This document shows positions 30,015 to 38,475 of a stretch of 64,000 bases of DNA, piece by piece. The notes under the pieces are model-generated. The model saw only the letters and a list, made by a program, of their open reading frames with translations. It was not told the origin of the DNA and made no database searches. Position numbers and translations under genes: made by a program. Every line of letters starts with the position of its first letter. The first letter of the stretch is position 1. The stretch is from Nitrospirota bacterium (GTDB taxonomy: Bacteria; Nitrospirota; Nitrospiria; Nitrospirales; Nitrospiraceae): the NCBI GenBank assembly GCA_963701855.1, contig CAVPBK010000006.1, positions 1,120,001 through 1,184,000 of the forward strand, given 5' to 3'.

Positions 30015-30108
30015 CGTTTATTTTGTGGGGTACATATGCCATCATGCAGGGCCTCGCAGAGGTATAGGCTCCTCACCACCGCAATCAGATGAAAGGACGG
30101 TTGCGTCC

Positions 30109-31035
30109 ATGAAATACCTCCACAACCGGCGTTTAGGGAGCCTGGCAACCCGAGTGAGACCAGGCCTGCGGATGATCGGACTGGTAGTGGGCCTTAGTGT
30201 GGCCATGTGGCTCCAGGCGTCGGCGTCGCACGCCACCTCATTTTTGGTGGACCTCGAAGCTTTTGTACAAGCCAATGATCAATTTAATCCAAGCAATTCT
30301 CAGCACAACGAGTTCCTCACCCATTCCATCACGCAGCCTTCGGTGACTGGCTCGGCGAGTGCCTCGATACCCACCGCTACCGCAAGCGCAGACGGAACCG
30401 CAGCCCTGGGTTCGCTGGGTGGAACTACGAGTGCGAGTGCCAGTGGGTCCCCGAGTACAACGGTCAACCCCCCCCCTGTCTCGGTCGCTTCAATCATGCT
30501 CACTGCGGAAGACAATGCGACTGTGACTTCTGATACTCTCGTGAGTGGCACAACCGTGGACTTTCGGCTCACGGAGCACGTCGATGGGGTGCTGACAAGC
30601 GGAGGAGACTCTGGCAACCAATTACATTACTTTGTCGACTATTCCAACTTTTCTGGCGGCGTATTTGTTGGTCACGGGATTTTAGAGACGTTTTTCAACA
30701 ATGGTAGCGAAGCCTTTCTCGGCCATGCTTGTTCCGGGTTGTGTTCAGATTCATCAAGCGTGGTCATCCACGTTCCGGTGGGATCTACATTATTTTTCAT
30801 CAACAGACTGGACCTAGCTTCCCTTGCTAATCAGCCGACCTCATTTGCGCAAGTCGACGCAGGCCATACGGCCAGGATGTTTCTTGACCCCCTCACGGCA
30901 GGGGCCAGCTATACCACCGCAAGTGGTGCGACCTATTTCACTCCCACGGCAAACGTGCCAGAGCCTTCCACGATCCTCCTCCTCGGCTCTGGTCTCGTGG
31001 GCCTGGCGGTGTGGCGATGGAAGCGGGCAGCGTAA
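30109..31035 (+). CDS. PEP-CTERM sorted exported protein
   Basis: Signal peptide, Ser/Thr-rich body, C-terminal VPEPSTILLLGSGLVGLAVWRWKRAA. Confidence 0.92.
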   Translation: MKYLHNRRLGSLATRVRPGLRMIGLVVGLSVAMWLQASASHATSFLVDLEAFVQANDQFNPSNSQHNEFLTHSITQPSVTGSASASIPTATASADGTAALGSLGGTTSASASGSPSTTVNPPPVSVASIMLTAEDNATVTSDTLVSGTTVDFRLTEHVDGVLTSGGDSGNQLHYFVDYSNFSGGVFVGHGILETFFNNGSEAFLGHACSGLCSDSSSVVIHVPVGSTLFFINRLDLASLANQPTSFAQVDAGHTARMFLDPLTAGASYTTASGATYFTPTANVPEPSTILLLGSGLVGLAVWRWKRAA

Positions 31036-31080
31036 GTATGCACCTAACGCATCCCGCCGCTTACAAGAGGAGTTCTGTCC

Positions 31081-31479
31081 ATGCGAATCCCCATCCTCCG
31101 TTTTGCCATGACGGTCACCTGCCTCCTGCTCTGCAGCGCCCCGTATCAAGTCCAGGGTAGCAGTTTTATCTATGACTCCGGCACGTATACCGTATTTGAC
31201 GTTCCCGGCGCCACGGGCACCTACGCCAACGGGATCAATGACTCTGGCCAAATCGTGGGCTCCTATGTCGATGTCGCAGGGCGGTTTCATGGGTTTCTGG
31301 ACAGCGGGGGCAGCTTCACGACGATCGATGTGCCCGGCTCCACCAAGGGGACCATCGCCGCCGGGATCAATAACGCGGGCCAAATCGTGGGCTTCTCGGT
31401 GCCCGAACCCTCCTCCCTACTCTTGTCCGGCATAGCCCTCGTAGGCTTAGCGGCATGGCGGTGGAAGCGGGCGGCATAA
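31081..31479 (+). CDS. PEP-CTERM protein with two GIN..GQIVG extracellular repeats
   Basis: ANGINDSGQIVG / AAGINNAGQIVG; VPEPSSLLLSGIALVGLAAWRWKRAA. Confidence 0.92.
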   Translation: MRIPILRFAMTVTCLLLCSAPYQVQGSSFIYDSGTYTVFDVPGATGTYANGINDSGQIVGSYVDVAGRFHGFLDSGGSFTTIDVPGSTKGTIAAGINNAGQIVGFSVPEPSSLLLSGIALVGLAAWRWKRAA

Positions 31480-31501
31480 ACTCAACGCATAGCGTGATCA
31501 C

Positions 31502-31540
31502 AAACGGCGGTCCCAGCGATGGAACCGCCGTTTTCGTTTT
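31502..31540 (+). terminator. Intrinsic terminator
   Basis: AAACGGCGGT...ACCGCCGTTT followed by TCGTTTT. Confidence 0.75.
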
Positions 31541-31732
31541 GTTCTAGTGAGTGCGCGGCTTGTAGTCTCCGATACTGAGCCGGTGCCGCCGTGGGAGTGG
31601 CGGAAGCGGAAGTAGCACGCCATCAATTATTGAGACGTTCCCCGTATGAGTAAGCTTCGCCTGCTATGAGTGAGACGGCCAGCTAAACGTTCTGGCATCT
31701 CTTCTGACTCAGCCTCGTCCAACGCGTCGTGC

Positions 31733-32740
31733 TCAGTAGAGGCTCTTGCTGACTTCGTCCGACAGTTCACTTTCGTCGCCGGTACTGTTGTAAGCGGAGA
31801 TGGCAAAGTAGTAGGTCTGGCCCTTGGGAAGACGGGAGATTGTATAGCTCGTGACTTTTCCTGTCATGAAGGGAGACCCAGGGAAACTGTACGTGCCGGA
31901 ATTCGTACCGACGTAGATTTTGTAACCGGCCAGATCAGGGTCCACATTCGCCGCCCATCTCAGTGTCGCGTTCCCTGTCGATGGACTAGCAGGAGGCGAA
32001 GATGGTGGTGGGCTTAACGAAGGAGTCGAGGGCGGACGTGCTGTGACAACAGGAGTCGCGGGATGCAACAGGCTCCTGATCGGAGAGTTCTTGAGCACGT
32101 TCGCTGCCGATCTCGAACCGCCAGACACAGGAGCTGGGCTGCTACCCGTTGAGGCTGCAGAATGACCGCCTGCCGATCCTGTCAACGGAGAGGAACCGGT
32201 CGGAGCCCCCGAAGCGGAGGCGACCGGGGTTGTTCCAGGAAACGTCGCAGCCGTCGCCATTGTGATGGGCGCCGTTGCCGTGGGGCCGCTACTGCTCGAT
32301 TGGGTCGTCGAGGTCGAACTGGTGATGGATCCGGATGTCACCGTCAGTGTCACGGGAACCGCGATATTTCCGCCCTTCTTGATGGAGACCGTAACGGTCC
32401 CCGTGTAGCTCCCGACCGTCAACCCCGTGGGGTTCACACTCACTGAGATTTGCGCTGCGTTCGTCAGGCTCCCAGTCGTAGGGGATACGCTTAGCCACGA
32501 TGCGTTGTCGCTGCTACTCCAGCTGAGAGTGCGGTTATTACTCTTAAGAATGTTCACGATTTGGCTCGGTGGATTGGTGCTGCCCTGCATGGCCTGGAAG
32601 CTCAACATCGTCGGAACGGCGTCCAACGCCCATGCGTCAGGGAATGCGAGCACGCTGACAACAAGCATCACACCGGTGCGCAAGAGCCCGCTCCACCATC
32701 TCCAGACGTGACCTGGGACATATCGCTTGGCCGCGTTCAT
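31733..32740 (-). CDS. Secreted BACON-like plus fibronectin type III protein
   Basis: Signal peptide; ASWLSVSPTTG..GSYTGTVTV; Ser/Thr/Pro linker; LRW..DLAGYKIY..TYYFAISAY. Confidence 0.85.
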   Translation of the reverse strand: MNAAKRYVPGHVWRWWSGLLRTGVMLVVSVLAFPDAWALDAVPTMLSFQAMQGSTNPPSQIVNILKSNNRTLSWSSSDNASWLSVSPTTGSLTNAAQISVSVNPTGLTVGSYTGTVTVSIKKGGNIAVPVTLTVTSGSITSSTSTTQSSSSGPTATAPITMATAATFPGTTPVASASGAPTGSSPLTGSAGGHSAASTGSSPAPVSGGSRSAANVLKNSPIRSLLHPATPVVTARPPSTPSLSPPPSSPPASPSTGNATLRWAANVDPDLAGYKIYVGTNSGTYSFPGSPFMTGKVTSYTISRLPKGQTYYFAISAYNSTGDESELSDEVSKSLY

Positions 32741-32845
32741 CGGTTTCCCTCATTTGCAGGAACAAGCCGCTGTTCCCCGCCCCAGCCCATGCATGCCACG
32801 GTTGTGCGTCTCCGAGTCGCTCCCGTGGAAGCCCAACGTTGGAAC

Positions 32846-32861
32846 AGCAATCTGCATACCA
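32846..32861 (-). promoter_or_regulatory. Sigma54 promoter for the BACON/Fn3 gene
   Basis: TGGTATGCAGATTGCT (GG-N10-GC) about 105 nt upstream of the start. Confidence 0.6.
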
Positions 32862-33395
32862 TACAAGCTGGCCTGGCAAACCGATTGACTGCACAGGCCT
32901 AAACGGGCGTCGAGCTGTAGGCTGGGCACGTCCGGACTGGCCGGATTTGTTCAGGCGGTTCAGAGCCCGGCAGCGGACCAAACCGTGGTCGACTCAGAGG
33001 TGCCGAAGGAAGAAGTTCGGGAGTCACTGCACCGGTACGCCGGCCAGATACCAAGACCAGGGTGTAACCCGTTGCGACTGGGGGTGCCGCTCCCTCTGGC
33101 TGTGGTCGATTCGTAGGTTCCCCGCAGACTGAGCCGGTCTGAAAGGCACATGCTGAGCGGCTCCGGCCCCACCTCAGTAATCCAGTTGTGTCCCACGTAA
33201 GCTTTGGACAGGCCTCACCCGCACTGATCCGCAGTCGGTGCCGCCGTGGGAGTGGCGGAAGAGAACCCGGTAGTGTGGAGATAATCCGATGAATCCGCTG
33301 AATGAGGCGAATCCGAGGAACCCGGCGAGTCCGATGAATCGGGGGCTGTATGGGCTTCCGTTTGAGCCGTTACGGTGAGACGGTAGGGAATCTCT

Positions 33396-34517
33396 TCAAA
33401 GACTGCAAAGAGAAACTGAGGTTGGAAACAATTCAACACTCCAGTTGTTGACATCCGCATCAAGGGCTTTCTTCCGTAATCGTATGATTCCACTTGAACT
33501 GGGCAATTCTCGAATGGACCGGACGGTTTCGCGTATCGTCTTTTCCACTGTAGAAGGTCGGCCTTTTACTTGCCGCACATTGAGGTTCGTAGTGATAAAG
33601 GCATTGGGTGTATACCGGCAAATCCTAGACGAGTCATCGGGAGTGGGCAACACGACTCGACCGCATACGAACGGTGTGAGAATCGCGTGTGGGTTTGGCT
33701 CCAACAAGTTTGTCCAAATGTCCGGATGGTGTGCGGTATGTGAACCATGATGAGCAACTTTAGACACCGAAGCTTTGCCTTGGGGCCGGATAGCTGGGTC
33801 GAGTATCGCGGTCCAGCCGGTTGTCGGGTCGCCTGACTCTTCTAAGTTGATCCCAAAAGAATCCTTGAATCACCGGCTGTCACCCACAGGGCAACGGCTG
33901 AGTGATTGGGTGATCTCGGGCTGACTCACCTTTTTGGTTCGTGAACTTTTGGAAACAGAGATGCGATATCGAATTGGGTACGCGTGACTGCTGAATTGAG
34001 GGGATAGACTCCGAATTTCTGCGCCGAAGGACTGGCCATTGATCTTATGCCGCTCCCAAAGGATTTTATTTGCAGATGCTAATGTGGGAGAACCCACTCT
34101 AGATCTTGATTTAGATCTCTGTTTGAGTGTGTTGACGACATCGCTGAACTCTTTCACGCCAGAGGTTCTCATCATCGAATTGACGCTGGCTGCTTTGACT
34201 AATGTGAGGAACTCTAGACTGTTCAGGGCACCGGAGCATGCGAAACGAGCAGATTGGCATTCTTTGAACAACATACCGAGCCCGCCAATGCGGTCGTCAT
34301 GCCAGTGGGTTGCCACGACAAGTTTTACGATCTGAGCGGGATCTTGGCCGAGTGCGCGGAGGTATTCGAGAACCGGAGGGCGCTTATCTCTATTTAAACA
34401 TGAATCAACAATAATCCAGTCGGAAAAACCTAGGTGGAGGAGGACGCATTCCCCATACCCAGGCCCAAATGATGACACCTCAATTTCATCAAAAAACGGC
34501 CCCTTGGTTATTTCCAT
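33396..34517 (-). pseudogene. ComEC/Rec2-like MBL-fold metallohydrolase, frameshifted
   Basis: GPGYGECVLL, THWHDDRIGG (last His replaced by Arg), KVAHHGS in a separate downstream ORF. Confidence 0.8.
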
Positions 34518-35150
34518 TCAAGGAGACCACTCAGTCGTTCGGCCTCACGTCTCGCTCGTTGTAATTCCTCCGAACGCCAGATTGGCAGACGCCTGAAACG
34601 AATGACTGATACTCTTGCCCGTCCGGTCGAACTGTCGGAATAACCAATATACCAATAGAACATTGCTCCGGGATTGAGAATTCTTATCGGCTGCATCAAT
34701 TTCATCTAGCGCAAATTCACCTTCTTCGTCAGAGCCTTTTTGCGTGAGATCGATGAGTCTGGCCGTAAACGAATTGCTCAGCACATCGAGCACAAATCCT
34801 TCCCACTTTTGGAGAACCTTAAACCGCGAGTGTGGTTGGGCATAAACCGTCTTTCTGAAAAAGACATTCGGAGGAGCTTGCTGTTCTCTCATTGATAGGC
34901 TGACATTGCTGTTGACGTTCGCGGAAATCCCACTTGATGGAGCTTGTACGATTCCAGTATTTGTGAGCATTACTTGGTTCAACTGCTTATCGGGTAGGGA
35001 GGTCGGATACCAGTACTTTTCGCCATAGTGACGAGCTGTCTCTTGGGCTGGATCGCCATTTATTCTTATAGAACCTTGCAAAGCCGAAGAGTTCGGAGGA
35101 CCTAATTCAGCTTGAAATGGATCGTATTTGAGGGCAGCAGCGGACTTCAT
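34508..35150 (-). pseudogene. Hypothetical protein, frameshifted near 34685
   Basis: QKWEGFV..FTARLIDL..EGEF continues as PGAMFYWYIGY..IRFRRLP in another frame; overlaps both neighbours. Confidence 0.7.
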
Positions 35151-35800
35151 TTCAATCCTGCGATTGTTTCACCAATATGGAAAGACGGATCCAGTGATTT
35201 TGTCCAAGATGCTTCCAGGAGACCAATTATCTGATCGCTACCATGAGATGGTTCAAGGGGCATTTCATAATGGTCATTCACATTTACAAACACTCCGGGT
35301 TTAACCTTGCCAGAAGGCTCTATCCGTACATTTAAGGCGCCCTTGTGCTCATCCGGTCGTTTCGCTGTGATTGTCAACCCAGCCATCCCTGGATCTATTA
35401 ACAACCCTTTCCATATATCTTTCGGGGCTAAGCGATGACCAATCGCATGCCAAGCTTCCTCTGTCTCTATCCTGAAATGTATATCACGGTTAATTCCTAA
35501 CTTATCAATGGGTGTATGAGGCAAGACTCTGAACGTGCCAATAGCCAGATCACGTAGCCATTCAAATGCTTGAGCTTGGGCAGTTGCGAGCATCATTCGT
35601 TCTGGGGTGACTTCAATACGGAGCCAGCCGGACGAAAAAATTACTAACTCATGATGGATGATTTCTATTTTGGCCCCGTCCGCTTCATCCTTTTTCAGGA
35701 GATTTTGAGAGCCAAACCAAGCCGGTTGGAATATTTGAGGATTGAAGGACCCTACAAACACTATTGTATGGCCATCTATCTCAGATTTGATAACCGGCAT
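35147..35800 (-). CDS. TIGR04255-like protein
   Basis: IVFVGSFNPQIFQPAWF, HTPIDKLGIN, VNDHY; family assignment by recall only. Confidence 0.6.
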   Translation of the reverse strand: MPVIKSEIDGHTIVFVGSFNPQIFQPAWFGSQNLLKKDEADGAKIEIIHHELVIFSSGWLRIEVTPERMMLATAQAQAFEWLRDLAIGTFRVLPHTPIDKLGINRDIHFRIETEEAWHAIGHRLAPKDIWKGLLIDPGMAGLTITAKRPDEHKGALNVRIEPSGKVKPGVFVNVNDHYEMPLEPSHGSDQIIGLLEASWTKSLDPSFHIGETIAGLK

Positions 35801-36550
35801 GTGATCCAGGGCTATGAAGTTGGATGTCCAAAATCGAGTTTAGTCACTCTTCGTGTGGGGATAGCTCCTGGGTTTGAACAGTATAAAGGACATCGCTCGG
35901 AATCCGCAACCTCTATGGTATATCCTGCGATACATCCACAAACCAACTTCCTAATCATTCCTAATGACAGATCACGCCCCCACAAGATGATATGATCCCT
36001 TTTTGATTCAAGTTTTGGGTCCACGTTCTGAACCTAATTCGACCACGCGCCGTCACACTGATCGGGGCGGCTTTCCAAAGAGGGACTGAAAAAGGAACCG
36101 GCCTAACTTTCCGATTCATTGAAATTCGCAAACCACTGACTGGTAGCGGTGTTTGGCGGTTCATGCGGAGCATATTAAGCCTCTAGATCCAGCCGCACAA
36201 TGGCTGAGCGGATCAACCTATCAAGCCACCATGACTCTCGTCTTCTCGCGCTGGCCGGGGGCGGGGGATCCGTACGGATAGAAGTTTTTCAAATCTGATG
36301 GCCCACCCTTCTTTCCCTTGTCCGTGTACTGTTGACATGCTCATACCGTCAGCGTCGGGACTCCACTCCGCGCCGAGGATCCGGACTGATTCAGGGATGC
36401 GTTTCAACGAGGACGGGGGTCTTCTTGGGAAGAGTGCACCGTGGATATCTGGCCGTACAGCTAGAGGACTCCATGGGATGGGGCCGCCTGCCGAACAAGG
36501 CCGGGGGGTCGTTATGCTGGGGAAGGGAGAGGAAAACTTTTTCCGGCCAC

Positions 36551-36570
36551 TGTCAAGTAACTGTCAAGTG
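36551..36570 (+). repeat. Integrase arm-type sites (right)
   Basis: TGTCAAGTAACTGTCAAGTG, identical to 23503-23522. Confidence 0.75.
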
Positions 36571-36686
36571 GCTGCCCTATTCCATTGTTCCCTGTTGTGT
36601 CGCGCTGTCTCATGAATGCCCAGAAACATAAGGGGAAGTGCAATGCACGCCACAGCAAGACACTAGGCGCTATGCCCTTCAATACC

Positions 36687-36699
36687 TTGTGTATGTAAC
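36687..36699 (+). repeat. attR core
   Basis: TTGTGTATGTAAC, identical to 23351-23363. Confidence 0.8.
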
Positions 36700-36821
36700 A
36701 AAAACTTCGTAATCCGCAATCGCAACTGAACTGACCTGTTCCACGGTCTGTGTAAAAAGAAGGCTTGACCTGTATGGAACAGCTCTGCGAAAAGAAAGCA
36801 CTATGATCTAGGAGGGGTGCA

Positions 36822-37982
36822 ATGATGGAACAGCATATCAACCAACGAATGGCTGCATTGGCCCATTCGGAGATTCGAGCGATGACCCAAGCTTGTGTCC
36901 AGTCGAAGGGTCTCAACATGGCACAAGGGGTTTGCGACACGCCGGTTCCACCGGTAGTGCTTCGAGCCGCAGCGCAGGCGATGGAGCGTGGGAAGAATGT
37001 CTATTCGCGGTTCGATGGATTGCCCGAGCTGCGGCAGGCGATCGCCAAGAAGCTCGTGCAGTTCAACGGCATCGTGGCTGATCCAGAAACGGACGTGACG
37101 GTCAGTGCGGGGGCCACAGGATCCTTTCATTGTGCCTGCCTGGCGCTGCTCAATCCCGGCGACGAGGTCGTCCTCTTCGAGCCCTATTACCAGTATCACA
37201 TCAGTGCGCTGCTGGCGGTTGAGGCGGTTCCGGTGGCGGTGAAGATGCGGGCTCCGGACTGGACTTTTTCCGTGGCCGAGGTCGAGCGCGCAATCACGCC
37301 ACGAACCAAGGCGATCATAGTGAACTCGCCTGGCAATCCATCAGGGAAAGTGTTCAGCAGGCAAGAACTGGAGAGTATTGCCGCGATCGCACAACAACAC
37401 GGTTTGTTCGTGTTTACCGATGAAATATACGAATACTTTCTGTATGACGGTCGGACGCATGTGAGCTTCGCAACCTTGCCGGGCATGGCCGACCGTACGA
37501 TTACCATCGGCGGTTACTCCAAAACGTTTAGTATCACCGGTTGGCGCATTGGCTACAGTGTCGCAGCGGCGCGATGGGCGCAAGCGATAGGAGCCATGAA
37601 CGACCTACTCTATGTCTGTGCCCCGACGCCGTTGCAGGCGGGGGTGGCGGTGGGTATCCAGGAACTTCCGGATTCGTTCTACCGCGATCTGGCGCGCGAT
37701 TATGGACAGAAACGTGATCGGTTCTGCCAGGCCTTGGCGAAGGCCGGTCTGACGCCGTCGATTCCACGGGGCGCCTATTATGTCCTGGCCGATGCGTCGC
37801 GGTTGCCTGGCACAACAGGAAAAGAGCGGGCAATGTTTCTCCTTGAGGCGATCGGTTTGGCCGGCGTGCCGGGTGAAGCTTTCTTTTCCGGGGTTGACGG
37901 GAGGCAGTTCATTCGATTTAGCTATGCGAAAATCGACTCTGACATCGACGACGCTTGCCGGCGACTTGAGCGGCTTGGGTAG
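36822..37982 (+). CDS. Class I/II PLP-dependent aminotransferase
   Basis: NSPGNPSG, DEIY, GYSKTFSITGWRIGY. Confidence 0.93.
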   Translation: MMEQHINQRMAALAHSEIRAMTQACVQSKGLNMAQGVCDTPVPPVVLRAAAQAMERGKNVYSRFDGLPELRQAIAKKLVQFNGIVADPETDVTVSAGATGSFHCACLALLNPGDEVVLFEPYYQYHISALLAVEAVPVAVKMRAPDWTFSVAEVERAITPRTKAIIVNSPGNPSGKVFSRQELESIAAIAQQHGLFVFTDEIYEYFLYDGRTHVSFATLPGMADRTITIGGYSKTFSITGWRIGYSVAAARWAQAIGAMNDLLYVCAPTPLQAGVAVGIQELPDSFYRDLARDYGQKRDRFCQALAKAGLTPSIPRGAYYVLADASRLPGTTGKERAMFLLEAIGLAGVPGEAFFSGVDGRQFIRFSYAKIDSDIDDACRRLERLG

Positions 37983-38130
37983 TATCCTGTTAGAATGCGG
38001 ATAATTTAGATGGTGGATTTACGGAGCGTGTTATCTCGGCAAGATGACCGCTCTCATCAATACATAGCGATACGACATCGGCACCGTGAATAGTTTCTCA
38101 CGCCATAACCGATGATCTGCAGGGAGTCCC

Positions 38131-38445
38131 ATGGAAGGACGCAAACATACCCGTTTCGCAGTACAACTTCCTGTGTCGTTCAGTGGAGACCAGCTTTCCG
38201 ACAGGGGCACTATCTTAAACTTGTCTGCGGAGGGTTGCGCCATCACGTCGGAAACCGTCGCGGGCGTTGCAGTCTATCTGCAATTGACGATGCAACTCCG
38301 GGAGCGAGATGAGCCGATCCAGGTCGATCTGGCCGCGGTTCGGTGGATTTCCTCGACGAGGTTCGGTGTTGAGTTTATCAAGATTCGTCCTGAAGAAGGG
38401 GAGCGACTGAAGCAGTTCGTCAATGTACTGGAGTCGACGACCTGA
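38131..38445 (+). CDS. Stand-alone PilZ domain protein
   Basis: RKHTR and NLSAEG; VRW...FGVEF. Confidence 0.88.
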   Translation: MEGRKHTRFAVQLPVSFSGDQLSDRGTILNLSAEGCAITSETVAGVAVYLQLTMQLRERDEPIQVDLAAVRWISSTRFGVEFIKIRPEEGERLKQFVNVLESTT

Positions 38446-38475
38446 GCACAGGGGTTCGCAACAAGATTCGAGCGG

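Larger units (their letters stand above)
23351..36699. mobile_element. Integrated phage-satellite-like (PICI-like) genomic island, about 13.3 kb
   Basis: 13-bp direct repeat TTGTGTATGTAAC at both ends, arm-type repeats inside each end, integrase, xis-like HTH, primase, TerS-like gene, no capsid or tail genes. Confidence 0.85.

Noticed and set aside
32874..32910. c-di-GMP-I riboswitch-like fragments GGCAAACC and GGCCTAAAC
   Set aside because: Antisense to the adjacent gene and lacks the GNRA hairpin and GACGCAAA segment.
31581..33343. CRISPR array
   Set aside because: Only two repeat copies 1.65 kb apart, the 9-bp units have no spacers, and there are no cas genes.
35812..36540. Short ORFs near attR
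   Set aside because: No motifs or RBS support; probably degraded non-coding island DNA.
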